From: a virus
Lineage: Duplodnaviria; Caudoviricetes
Length of the DNA stretch: 37,795 nucleotides
IMG/VR virus record: IMGVR_UViG_3300025066_000067
Coordinates: 1 to 37,795 of that record
Direction: 5' to 3' (one strand)
Shown: in pieces, positions 17,973 through 27,022 of the stretch
How the letters are laid out: the number at the start of each line of letters is the position of its first letter
Position numbering within the stretch: position 1 is the first letter of the stretch
Made by a program: the position numbers and the translations under genes
The notes under the pieces: generated by a model
Databases searched by the model: none
Told to the model about the DNA's origin: nothing
Seen by the model: only the letters and a program-made list of their open reading frames with translations

Positions 17973-18069
17973 CGCGGGTATTAATCTTCTACAAAAAAAT
18001 TAACCCTCAAAGAATGATAACAGAAGTTATTCCCGCGACTTCATCTATCATATAAATCTTTGGGGGTTA
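17973..18069 (+). ncRNA. candidate pseudoknotted leader/ncRNA
   Basis: 13-bp stem 18001-18013/18057-18069 with inner stems; loop cccgcg complements upstream cgcggg. Confidence 0.5.
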
Positions 18070-18091
18070 TTTTTAATAAATAAGGAGAAAT

Positions 18092-18454
18092 ATGATGAAA
18101 AAATATATATTTATATATTTATTAATGATAAGTTTTTTAATACCACAACAAGATTGTGATTGTGAAGAACCTGTAAATGTTTGGTTTAAGGTTTCAACTG
18201 ACCAAATTACATACGGAAAAGCTATAGCATTAGATATGTCGTATGGTTATTCATTCGCAGATGAAACTGGAATTTATTTGATAGTATTTGATGTCGATGG
18301 TAATCAAATGTATTTAACATTTCCAAATGGAGGTGATTGGGTAGCACAAGTACAAGACCCATTTTTAGATGAATTAGAAAAAGAATTTAAGAGCTTAGAA
18401 GATTATCTTCGAGCTACAAAAAACAAAAGCAGTGAGATAAAAAAGAAACAATAA
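18092..18454 (+). CDS. secreted hypothetical protein
   Basis: AAGGAG RBS, N-terminal signal peptide. Confidence 0.7.
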   Translation: MMKKYIFIYLLMISFLIPQQDCDCEEPVNVWFKVSTDQITYGKAIALDMSYGYSFADETGIYLIVFDVDGNQMYLTFPNGGDWVAQVQDPFLDELEKEFKSLEDYLRATKNKSSEIKKKQ

Positions 18455-18474
18455 TAATACGGGAGATTATAAAA

Positions 18475-19308
18475 ATGGTAAATATAAATAACGAGATTAT
18501 ACAGAAACACGAACAAATGTTTTATCCTACTGTTAGGGTTAGAACAAAAAAGGCGGGTGGTAGTGGTACAGTCGTTTATTCAGAAAAATATAAAGATGAA
18601 GTTTATACTTATGTAATAACTAATCATCATGTTATTTCAGATAGTGTAAAGATTGAAAAGAAATGGGACCCAATTCTTAAACGTAAAGTTGATAAAGAAA
18701 TATTAGATACAACTTATGTAGAATTTTTTAAGTATAATAACTATTCACATACGATTGGTTCATTTGCAGTTGAAGCTGACATCGTTGCTTATTCAGAAGT
18801 TGATGGTGGACAAGATTGGGCTCTACTACGAGTTAGAGATAAAGAGAATAAAGCTGACTGGGTAGCTAATATGTTTCCATTAGATGATATAGAAAATGTT
18901 CACATCTTTGATGATTGTTATGCGGTCGGTGCATCTCTCGGTCACCCACCAGTAGCATCAAATGGAATGATTACTTATATGGACGATGAAATAGAACACT
19001 ACAAATATTGGATGTCATCGGCACCAACAATTTTTGGAAATTCAGGTGGAGCAGTTTATAGATGGTCTGGAAATAGAAAACAATATGAATACATTGGAAT
19101 ACCTTCAAGGATTTCAATTCAACCTATGGGATTCTCAGCAGATGCTATAACTCATATGGGATACTTTATTCCTATCGATAGAGTTTATAAATTACTTGAA
19201 GATAATGATTATCAATTTATTTATGATGATTCATTTTCAATAGATGATTGTAAGAAATCTCGTAAAGAAAAACAAGAACCTGAAAAAGACGATAAAGACG
19301 AAGATTAA
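18475..19308 (+). CDS. trypsin-like serine protease
   Basis: GSG, ITNHHVI, DWALL, GNSGGA catalytic triad motifs. Confidence 0.9.
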   Translation: MVNINNEIIQKHEQMFYPTVRVRTKKAGGSGTVVYSEKYKDEVYTYVITNHHVISDSVKIEKKWDPILKRKVDKEILDTTYVEFFKYNNYSHTIGSFAVEADIVAYSEVDGGQDWALLRVRDKENKADWVANMFPLDDIENVHIFDDCYAVGASLGHPPVASNGMITYMDDEIEHYKYWMSSAPTIFGNSGGAVYRWSGNRKQYEYIGIPSRISIQPMGFSADAITHMGYFIPIDRVYKLLEDNDYQFIYDDSFSIDDCKKSRKEKQEPEKDDKDED

Positions 19309-19462
19309 TAATGAGTATAGATTGGCGACATCTCTATTCCGAACTTCTACACGAAAACACAGAACTGAAGAAAGAAATAGAGATGTTACAATCAATTTTA
19401 CGAACACATCTTCCAGTAGTAGAAAAAGATAATGATGACGGATAGCGGGGTGGAGATTATGA

Positions 19463-19924
19463 ATGAACTTCAACAAAACAAAAGAATGGTTATTGTATGG
19501 AGTTATGATATTATTTATAGGATGTACTTTAATAGCACTATCTTACGGTAGTGAACCTGAACTTGGTAATTGGAGATGGTCAGAAGATACTCTACAACTT
19601 ACACATGATAAAGAAACTCATGCTGTTGGTAGTTTCGGATTATATTATTTATTTGTAAATAAAGGAATGTCACAAAAGAAAGCAGTAACTTCTGTATTAG
19701 TATTAGGTTTAGTCAAAGAAGGATTAGATGCATTAGTTCCCTGGGAAGAATATGGTTCATGGGGCGGTGATGGATTTTCCAAAAATGATATAGTGTATAA
19801 TGTAATTGGTGTAGGTTCAGCTTACATCATCGACAAGTTGTGGGAGAAAAAGAGTTATGAAAATAAGTCAGTTAGTGTTAAGGTCAATCCTGGATATGTT
19901 CGGTTTAGTATATATCTCGATTGA
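19463..19924 (+). CDS. YfiM/DUF2279-like membrane protein
   Basis: DK..H, GLVKE..D, GFS..D...N..G motifs. Confidence 0.7.
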   Translation: MNFNKTKEWLLYGVMILFIGCTLIALSYGSEPELGNWRWSEDTLQLTHDKETHAVGSFGLYYLFVNKGMSQKKAVTSVLVLGLVKEGLDALVPWEEYGSWGGDGFSKNDIVYNVIGVGSAYIIDKLWEKKSYENKSVSVKVNPGYVRFSIYLD

Positions 19925-20138
19925 GAAGTTTGTAGAATATCCAGATGATGATAAAATACTCGGTGTAGATATTGATGATGATTTACATAATATGAGTCGT
20001 CAACAGTTATGTAGATATATGGATGCAGTGTTACCAGAAAAAGGTTTCTTTGAATTACAATCTACAACCAAGATAAGATTGGGATGTCAGTTGTTAAGAA
20101 ACTTTCATCTCGTTAAGAAACAATTACAGGAGAAGTAA
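19857..20138 (+). CDS. hypothetical protein
   Basis: ORF track; start uncertain. Confidence 0.55.
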   Translation: MKISQLVLRSILDMFGLVYISIEKFVEYPDDDKILGVDIDDDLHNMSRQQLCRYMDAVLPEKGFFELQSTTKIRLGCQLLRNFHLVKKQLQEK

Positions 20139-20139
20139 A

Positions 20140-20385
20140 GTTGGGAATGTAGATTTATTATTAATTTCGATAGTTGTAATATCAAGTTGGTTTTTTAATG
20201 AAAAGAATACACCTCAATATGTTGCTATTCCAATTGGAGATGATATTATCAAGTTATATGAAATAGACAATAAACATCAATGTCCTGTGTACTGTGGTGT
20301 TGAACATATACACAAAATACATCCAGATTCACAGAAACTAACTTTAGACAAAAATAATAAAATAAAAATTTATTTACAAAAATAA
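20140..20385 (+). pseudogene. 81-codon open frame lacking an in-frame start (possible 1-nt indel)
   Basis: AGGAG 20128-20132 and TTG 20141 are one base out of frame with a signal-peptide-like ORF carrying CPVYCGVEHIH. Confidence 0.45.
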
Positions 20386-20388
20386 ATC

Positions 20389-20418
20389 TTGTTTCATATA
20401 TATTAAATGTAGTATATT
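20389..20418 (+). promoter_or_regulatory. promoter (family copy)
   Basis: TTGTTT-N18-TATATT. Confidence 0.6.
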
Positions 20419-20434
20419 AATATATGAGAAAATT

Positions 20435-20860
20435 ATGGATAAAAAAATAAAACAAGAATGGATAAGTTTTTACGAAAACGGTACTCGTTATATGTTGTGT
20501 AAACATTGTCAATCTGATTATGTTGAAACAAGTGATGAAGCTGTTTCTGTTACTTGTCCACGATGTACCGCAATTAAATGTTTACAACACACATCATTAG
20601 AAGAAATGATACCATCACTAAAAAAGAAAACAACAGGACGACCACCAGGTTGGCATTTTATGAATGAGTTTGTTGATAAGGATGGAAATGTATTTCATAA
20701 AGGTAAAGAACAACCTGAATTAAAGGGTACTCTTAAACCTACTAAAGTGAAACCAAGAAAGAAGAAAAAGAAATTATCGGCTGACGATAAGTTATATAAA
20801 CGAATAAAAGATTACAAGAAAAAACAGAAACTAAAAAAGAGGCAGAACAAGAAAAAATGA
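20435..20860 (+). CDS. zinc-ribbon, Lys-rich hypothetical protein
   Basis: CKHC...CPRC, GRPPGWHFMNEFVDKDGNVFHKG. Confidence 0.75.
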   Translation: MDKKIKQEWISFYENGTRYMLCKHCQSDYVETSDEAVSVTCPRCTAIKCLQHTSLEEMIPSLKKKTTGRPPGWHFMNEFVDKDGNVFHKGKEQPELKGTLKPTKVKPRKKKKKLSADDKLYKRIKDYKKKQKLKKRQNKKK

Positions 20861-21438
20861 TAATAACAGAAGATGTTAAAATATTAAAAACAGAATGTAT
20901 CATTTCAAATGATGATAAATACAATGAAGAAGTTGCAACGAAACTTCTCAATACATTAAATGAAACTAAAAGTGGAATTGGTTTAAGTTGTAACCAGATA
21001 AGTGTTACAGATGCACGAGTTTGTGTTATTAATGTTAAAGAACCAATCGTTCTAATCAATCCAAAGATTGTAGAAACATCAGAAGAAACATTTGTGTTTC
21101 CGGAAGGTTGTTTATCATTCCCAAACAAACACATTAGAACAACACGATTTGTTGAAGTTACAGTTGAAGCTGATAATCACGAAGGACAATTATCTTTCTC
21201 TGCTGATAGTGAAGATGTGAATGATGCGTTTGAATGTGCATGTGTTCAGCATGAAATTGCGCATTTAGACGGATTAACTATGTTTGATAGAGAATGGAAA
21301 CAACAACCTATCAGAGTTGAAAAGAAGATTGGTAGAAATGAAAAAGTTACAATCACAGATGGAACTGAAACTAAAATATTAAAATATAAGAAAGCTCAAC
21401 CACTATTAGAATCTGACTGGTCTTTGGTAGAAGCTTAA
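20857..21438 (+). CDS. def: peptide deformylase
   Basis: GIGLS.NQI, EGCLS, QHEIAHLDG. Confidence 0.92.
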   Translation: MIITEDVKILKTECIISNDDKYNEEVATKLLNTLNETKSGIGLSCNQISVTDARVCVINVKEPIVLINPKIVETSEETFVFPEGCLSFPNKHIRTTRFVEVTVEADNHEGQLSFSADSEDVNDAFECACVQHEIAHLDGLTMFDREWKQQPIRVEKKIGRNEKVTITDGTETKILKYKKAQPLLESDWSLVEA

Positions 21439-21447
21439 AGAGGTTAT

Positions 21448-22473
21448 ATGAAAGAATATTTAACCTACGATGATTGTCAGATTGTACCGAGAATATCGGA
21501 TATACAACATCGTAAAGAATGCAACACAATCACAAGAGTTACAAAGAATGTTTATTTAGATATACCAATTGTTTCATCACCAATGGATACCGTTACAGAT
21601 TACGAAATGTGTTTGGAAATGGATAGACTTGGTGGAATGGGTTTCTTACACAGATTCAAACCATCTTATGAAATTGCAAATACAATACAATGGTTTAGAA
21701 AAGAAAAACCTGATGGAACTATCGGAGCATCAATCGGTGTAACTGGTGATTATCTAAAAGAAACACAGATGTATGTTGATAATGGTGCACAAATCATTTT
21801 AATAGATGTAGCACACGGACATCATAAATTAGTTAAAGAAGCTATGGAGAGAATAAAAAATGAAGTTAAGGGACAATTTGATTTGTTGGTGGGAAACATT
21901 GCGACAGCTGAAGCTGCGAGAGATTTGTGTGAATGGGGTGCAGACGGTTTGCGGGTGGGCATCGGTGGCGGCTCATTATGCTCTACCCGTATTCAAACGG
22001 GTGTGGGCATACCTATGGTTAGTTCCATACTTGATGTTGTTTCTGTTGCAGATGAGTATGATGTTACTGTTATGGGTGATGGGGGCATTCGCAGCTCTGG
22101 TGATGTGTGTAAAGGATTGGGTGCAGGAGCAGACACAATAATGTTAGGTTCTCTATTAAGTGGAACAAAAGAAAGTCCAGGTGAAATAACTAAAACAGGA
22201 CAATGGCCGAATGAAACTTTACAAAAGAAATATCGTGGTAGTGCTTCACTCGAATCAAAACAAGATAGAGGTGAAGATAAAAATATAGAAGGAGTTAGTA
22301 AAGTTGTTCCATATAAAGGAAAGACAAAAAGAATTATCAATGATATAATGGATGGTATTAAATCATCAATGAGTTATGTAGGTGCTGGTAATATAGATGA
22401 ATATCAATCTAAATGTGAATTTGTTAAAGTAACGAATGCTGGAGTGGTTGAAGCAAAACCACATCTTTTGTAA
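21448..22473 (+). CDS. IMP dehydrogenase / GMP reductase family (no CBS domains)
   Basis: SPMDTVT, IDVAHGH, GIGGGSLCSTR, DGGIR, YRGSAS. Confidence 0.92.
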   Translation: MKEYLTYDDCQIVPRISDIQHRKECNTITRVTKNVYLDIPIVSSPMDTVTDYEMCLEMDRLGGMGFLHRFKPSYEIANTIQWFRKEKPDGTIGASIGVTGDYLKETQMYVDNGAQIILIDVAHGHHKLVKEAMERIKNEVKGQFDLLVGNIATAEAARDLCEWGADGLRVGIGGGSLCSTRIQTGVGIPMVSSILDVVSVADEYDVTVMGDGGIRSSGDVCKGLGAGADTIMLGSLLSGTKESPGEITKTGQWPNETLQKKYRGSASLESKQDRGEDKNIEGVSKVVPYKGKTKRIINDIMDGIKSSMSYVGAGNIDEYQSKCEFVKVTNAGVVEAKPHLL

Positions 22474-22510
22474 AAACTATACTATTTATTAATGTATAGG
22501 AGAATTATTT

Positions 22511-22930
22511 ATGAAAAACAAAGAAGGTAGAGAATATTTGGAATCAAAAGACATTATAACTGAAACGACATTACACGATATTCTGTTATTGATGAATGAT
22601 AGAATAATGCACATTGAAGATACAATGATAGATGTTAGAGAAGTAATGATAAAATTAGTTAAACAAAGTAATGAAATTGTTAGTTTTCTAAAAGCTATTG
22701 ACCAAGAAAGTGATGAACAATATATTGAACAATATGGAACTATACCACCATCGTTTGAAGAATTTAATAAAGATAAATTGAATAACAAGATTGATGAGTC
22801 TGAAAGTATAAGAGAAATACAAAATATAGTAGATGGTCTTATAGAAAAAAATAGAGAATTAAAAGAGTTGGAAAAAGAATTAGAAAAACATAAAGATAAA
22901 ATAGTTCCAGGAGTACATGGTGAAAGTTAA
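22511..22930 (+). CDS. coiled-coil hypothetical protein
   Basis: AGGAG RBS, ORF track. Confidence 0.7.
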   Translation: MKNKEGREYLESKDIITETTLHDILLLMNDRIMHIEDTMIDVREVMIKLVKQSNEIVSFLKAIDQESDEQYIEQYGTIPPSFEEFNKDKLNNKIDESESIREIQNIVDGLIEKNRELKELEKELEKHKDKIVPGVHGES

Positions 22931-23035
22931 ATATATAATTAAACAAACTGAAAATGATGATAGTGAGTTTTTTAGGAAACGAAGAAACAGCAAAGGTAGT
23001 GAGAAACGCCGAAGAGGCGGAACTAGATTAAGATA

Positions 23036-23278
23036 ATGATTACAGTAGATAAAATAAATGGATTAATGTACATTTCATTACAACATCAGAAAACAAGTGA
23101 TGTATTTAATACCGTAACTACAAAAGTAATTGATGATGGTATTATGGTTGATTACGATGAAACTCAAAAAAAAGTTATTGGTATAGAAATAATTGATACA
23201 GAAACAACAAAATATTTAATAGAAGCGATAGAAGATTTTCAAAGAAATTCAAAAAAAGACTTGACTGATATAGTCTAA
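23036..23278 (+). CDS. DUF2283-like protein
   Basis: MYISL...IMVDYD...VIGIEII. Confidence 0.65.
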   Translation: MITVDKINGLMYISLQHQKTSDVFNTVTTKVIDDGIMVDYDETQKKVIGIEIIDTETTKYLIEAIEDFQRNSKKDLTDIV

Positions 23279-23290
23279 GTTTCGTATATT
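23261..23290 (+). promoter_or_regulatory. promoter of tmRNA/tRNA
   Basis: TTGACT-N18-TATATT. Confidence 0.75.
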
Positions 23291-23302
23291 TATAAATCAA
23301 TT

Positions 23303-23655
23303 GGGGTTGACTTTGGTTTCGATTGGTGTTTTTTGATATAGAGGTGCAAGTAGATTGATTTACTTTACGAATCACACAAACGATAATCGGCAACGAATAT
23401 CAATACGCAGCTGCCGCGTAGGTAACTGCCATCACTCCTTAATTTCTGATAGAGGATAAAAGTGGTGTCAAATCAGGAGAACCTCCTTTTATGAATTGTT
23501 TGGGAGCAAAAGATATAATCATTTAGTCATTGATAATAGACTGGTAAATATTATCTGAACTTTGTCAGAGTTGAAAGTAAACTGAACAAACTTGTAAATG
23601 ACTTTTATGTTTGGAATATCAAGACCCGGAGTTCGATTCTCCGGCAACTCCACCA
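23303..23655 (+). ncRNA. ssrA: tmRNA
   Basis: GGGGTTG/CAACTCC-A-CCA acceptor with G3:U pair; T arm ccgga-g-TTCGATT-c-tccgg; tag ORF 23389-23421 GNEYQYAAAA*. Confidence 0.95.
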
Positions 23656-23657
23656 TT

Positions 23658-23726
23658 TGCGAAGGATTAAGTAATCACCAGAGCCTCATAAGCTCAGGTA
23701 AGTTGGGGCAGTACCAACCTTCGCCA
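23658..23726 (+). tRNA. atypical tRNA with CAT anticodon (Met or Ile2)
   Basis: gcgaag/cttcgc acceptor, gagc-CTCATAA-gctc anticodon arm, gttgg/ccaac T stem with non-canonical GGCAGTA loop. Confidence 0.7.
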
Positions 23727-23960
23727 CAAAAAAACAATGTTTTTAAAAATTACTATATACTTATAGTAGTAGTAAATAGGTTATTTATGAGTTATTATAT
23801 ATACATATCAAACACAAACACACAAGGTATCATCCCGATACTTTAAATTTCCACAGGTTAATATAACTATGTTATAAACAGAGGCAATTGTCTTTGTGTA
23901 AGATAATTATGTATATAATAAGAGTAAATAGTAAATCGTAACAACGGAGGAGAAAACCGT

Positions 23961-24728
23961 ATGAAGAATAGTATGAGAAACTTAATCGCGTCAGTAGCTT
24001 TAGTGGCGGGTATTTTCGGTATCACTCAAGCTCAAGTAACAGGTGAATTTTCAACAGATATAACATTTGGTGAAAACACATCGTTTTCCAGTGCTTACAC
24101 TGGAATTGTACTTGGTGATGGTGATTGGGAATTAAGTACAAATCTATCAGATGGAAATTTGAATGTAGAAGAAGCCAAATATAATTGGGCTGTAACTGAT
24201 GCAATCACTTTAACATTTGGTAGTCAAGCAGAACCATATGGATTAGCGCGGGGCTTACATAGACCATCTGCTAATGCGTGGGCTTCTAATCCAAGAGAAC
24301 ATTCAGTAAGTGAAGGTGTTGGTATTTCAACAGCTGCTTTCGGTGTTGGGATTAGTGGCTTTTATGGTAACGATAGTTATTGGGCATCTCGTGTGTCTTA
24401 TAATGTATCTTTGTTTGGGATAAATTCTGAAGTAGGATTATCTGTAAATAGTAACGATGCTCAATTGATTGATGTATCAAAAAATGGAAGTCTTTTAGGC
24501 ATCCCTTTTGAATCATCAATCGAATACGACTTGGCAAACGATGGAGATTTTTGGCTACGAAGCTCATTATCACCAACATTTGCTAAAGGTGCTTCAGTAT
24601 TAGTTGGATTTAATTCCGATGATGAAGTGTCATATGGTATTGGGTATAGATGCTCTGACAATGTGAAGTTATCAACAGAACTTTCGGGTGATGGTGATAA
24701 AGTTATCAGAGTAAGTTATTCATTCTAA
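23961..24728 (+). CDS. outer-membrane beta-barrel (porin-like) protein
   Basis: signal peptide (AQA cleavage site), amphipathic beta strands, C-terminal RVSYSF beta-signal. Confidence 0.75.
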   Translation: MKNSMRNLIASVALVAGIFGITQAQVTGEFSTDITFGENTSFSSAYTGIVLGDGDWELSTNLSDGNLNVEEAKYNWAVTDAITLTFGSQAEPYGLARGLHRPSANAWASNPREHSVSEGVGISTAAFGVGISGFYGNDSYWASRVSYNVSLFGINSEVGLSVNSNDAQLIDVSKNGSLLGIPFESSIEYDLANDGDFWLRSSLSPTFAKGASVLVGFNSDDEVSYGIGYRCSDNVKLSTELSGDGDKVIRVSYSF

Positions 24729-24755
24729 TAAACACTTAAATCATAGGAGATAAAA

Positions 24756-24989
24756 ATGAATATTAAAAGTGTATTTTCAACAATAGGTGATGTAGTAGGT
24801 GGATTCACAAGTGTACTTGGTGGATTAGTAGCTGTAGGTGTAATGGTCCAAATCGTATTTGGTACAGGCACTCTCGGTTTAGACATCGTAGGTAACATCA
24901 CAACTCTCGTATCAAGCTTCCTCACAGGTGGTTTGACAGGGTTGATTACTCTTATTGTCCTTTTTTCATTATGGGATAGTAAACGGTAA
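24756..24989 (+). CDS. small Gly-rich membrane protein (pilin-like)
   Basis: AGGAG RBS; two hydrophobic helices with GxxxG. Confidence 0.7.
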   Translation: MNIKSVFSTIGDVVGGFTSVLGGLVAVGVMVQIVFGTGTLGLDIVGNITTLVSSFLTGGLTGLITLIVLFSLWDSKR

Positions 24990-25014
24990 GTGATATAAAT
25001 CACATATAGTAACT

Positions 25015-25050
25015 TGGGACTGGTGTTTTGTGACATCAGTCCCATTTTTT
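25015..25050 (+). terminator. intrinsic terminator
   Basis: tgggactggtgtt/gacatcagtccca plus T6. Confidence 0.85.
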
Positions 25051-25138
25051 CGTTTAGTTGAAGTGTTTTATGAATATATATGATATTTATTAGTGAACCA
25101 GGTTAAAATACAAATCCCTGATTGGAGGAGAATGTTTT

Positions 25139-26002
25139 ATGTCAAAAGTGAAAAGTTCACAAAAAAAAGTTACACTCTCACAACTAAACACACACGAAGT
25201 AAGTAATAAACGACAAGCGCTGAAGGACTTAAAAAAATTGAATTTCGATGATATACAATTTAAGAACTCTGCTCAACGGAGATTCTATAATACTATAACT
25301 AAAAAAGATATTACATTTTGTATTGGTCCAGCGGGTGTTGGTAAAACATACCTGTCAGTTCATAGAGCGCTGCGAGAACTCGGTGATAAAGAAAGCCGTA
25401 TCGATGGTATCATTATCGTTAAACCTCTTGTAGAAGCTGCAGGTGAAAAGATTGGTTTCTTACCGGGTGATGTTGAAGAAAAGACAGCACCGTTTATGAT
25501 GTCGTTCTATTACAACATGGAACAGATTATCGGAAAGCAAAGATTACAGATGTTAAAAGAAGGTAATATCATCCAAGTTATGCCAATGGCATATATGAGA
25601 GGTGTTACTTTATCTAATAAATTTGTAATTCTTGATGAAGCACAAAATGCTACACCGGAACAAATTAAAATGTTTGTTACTCGTATTGGACAAGATAGTA
25701 AATATGTAATTTCAGGTGATTTAGAACAATCTGATATTAAGAAACATAGTAGTGGTCTTGAAGATGCAATCAAAAGATTTGCTGGTGTTAGAGGAGTTGG
25801 ATTGGCTTCTTTCAAAGAGAAAGATATTGTTAGACATTCATTAGTGAAACGACTATTGAAAAGGTATCACGAAACATTTCATATCATAGATGAAGTTTCA
25901 GCTGAAGATACTATTTCAATGTGGATTCACGATGAACTTGAAGCTCCGTCTGACGGGTCAATAGATAATCCTGGAAATAATATAAATTATAAATTAAAAT
26001 AA
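25139..26002 (+). CDS. phoH: PhoH-like ATPase
   Basis: GPAGVGKT, IGFLPGD, AYMRG, ILDEAQN, GDLEQSD, DIVRH. Confidence 0.95.
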   Translation: MSKVKSSQKKVTLSQLNTHEVSNKRQALKDLKKLNFDDIQFKNSAQRRFYNTITKKDITFCIGPAGVGKTYLSVHRALRELGDKESRIDGIIIVKPLVEAAGEKIGFLPGDVEEKTAPFMMSFYYNMEQIIGKQRLQMLKEGNIIQVMPMAYMRGVTLSNKFVILDEAQNATPEQIKMFVTRIGQDSKYVISGDLEQSDIKKHSSGLEDAIKRFAGVRGVGLASFKEKDIVRHSLVKRLLKRYHETFHIIDEVSAEDTISMWIHDELEAPSDGSIDNPGNNINYKLK

Positions 26003-26005
26003 AAC

Positions 26006-26035
26006 TTGACTTATATGTCAAAGAAGTTGTATATT
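26006..26035 (+). promoter_or_regulatory. promoter (family copy)
   Basis: TTGACT-N18-TATATT. Confidence 0.75.
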
Positions 26036-26061
26036 AAAGTATAATACAATGGAGATAAATA

Positions 26062-26256
26062 ATGATTAAAATCGAACATGCACTTGTTGCTATTTCATTA
26101 GCATTACTTGTAGTAACATATCACGCATCTAATATCATAGATGAATTACATACTGAAATCCACGAATTAAAAAAACAACTTAACAATGAAACAACCAGAG
26201 TTTCTTATTGGGAACACGATGGTGAATGGAAAAAAATAACATATCGGGAGAATTAA
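26062..26256 (+). CDS. small membrane-anchored protein
   Basis: GGAG RBS, N-terminal TM segment. Confidence 0.6.
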   Translation: MIKIEHALVAISLALLVVTYHASNIIDELHTEIHELKKQLNNETTRVSYWEHDGEWKKITYREN

Positions 26257-26257
26257 A

Positions 26258-26479
26258 TTGATGAAAACAATGAAAAGTATTGGTGGTAAACGAATATTCA
26301 GAGTATCAGATGAAAAAGCGTCTGAATTATATCTAAATGGTGAAGCTAATTATGCTTCTAAATCTGAATGGAAAAATGAAGTTCGTGATGTAAATAAACC
26401 TGTAGAAACTACAAGTAAAAAAACTAAGACGAACAAACCATCAAAAGCACAGAAAAGACAAACGAGGAAAACATTATAA
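26258..26479 (+). CDS. small basic hypothetical protein
   Basis: ORF track; I.RVSD..A...Y.SKSEWK. Confidence 0.65.
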   Translation: MMKTMKSIGGKRIFRVSDEKASELYLNGEANYASKSEWKNEVRDVNKPVETTSKKTKTNKPSKAQKRQTRKTL

Positions 26480-26821
26480 GTGAATTTGAATAAAGAGGTT
26501 ATAATTTCTATCTGTATATTATTTACTACACAGATAATCGTATGGTATCAACTAAATGGTCAGTTAATTTGGAAGTGGGCTAGAGATAATCCACTTTTAT
26601 TAGCATGTCTTGGATTACCAGTTTCGTATTTATTTATCACTGCAACTAAATATGGATATAGTGGATTTAATGAATTGTGGCCAGTAAGGTTGATTGGGTT
26701 CGCGACAGGGATGATTTCATTTCCAATTATCACATATTTTATGTTGGGGGAAGGTATTACAATGAAAACTGGAATATCTATGTTTTTGGGAATGATAATA
26801 ATGTTATTACAATTAATATAG
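26480..26821 (+). CDS. 4-TM SMR/DMT-like membrane protein
   Basis: four hydrophobic helices, LGE.I..K..I pattern. Confidence 0.65.
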   Translation: MNLNKEVIISICILFTTQIIVWYQLNGQLIWKWARDNPLLLACLGLPVSYLFITATKYGYSGFNELWPVRLIGFATGMISFPIITYFMLGEGITMKTGISMFLGMIIMLLQLI

Positions 26822-26963
26822 ATCAGTTGATCAACTAACCAAATTAACCAATCAATTAAATTAACAAACAATATAATTAATTAATTAATTTGTATATAAA
26901 TAGTACAGTTTTTAACCAAACACATAAAAAAAATTGTAACAATAATATTTTTAAAAATAAATC

Positions 26964-26993
26964 TTGTTTTATATATCAGAATAGTTGTATATT
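26964..26993 (+). promoter_or_regulatory. promoter of deazaguanine operon
   Basis: TTGTTT-N18-TATATT. Confidence 0.7.
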
Positions 26994-27022
26994 ATAAACA
27001 GTAGAAATAAGGAAGTAATAGA

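Noticed and set aside
23598-23846. 82-aa ORF
   Set aside because: Overlaps the tmRNA 3' end and the tRNA
26822-27022. preQ1 riboswitch upstream of queD
   Set aside because: No GGTTC stem/A-rich tail signature, and the promoter leaves only about 25 nt of leader
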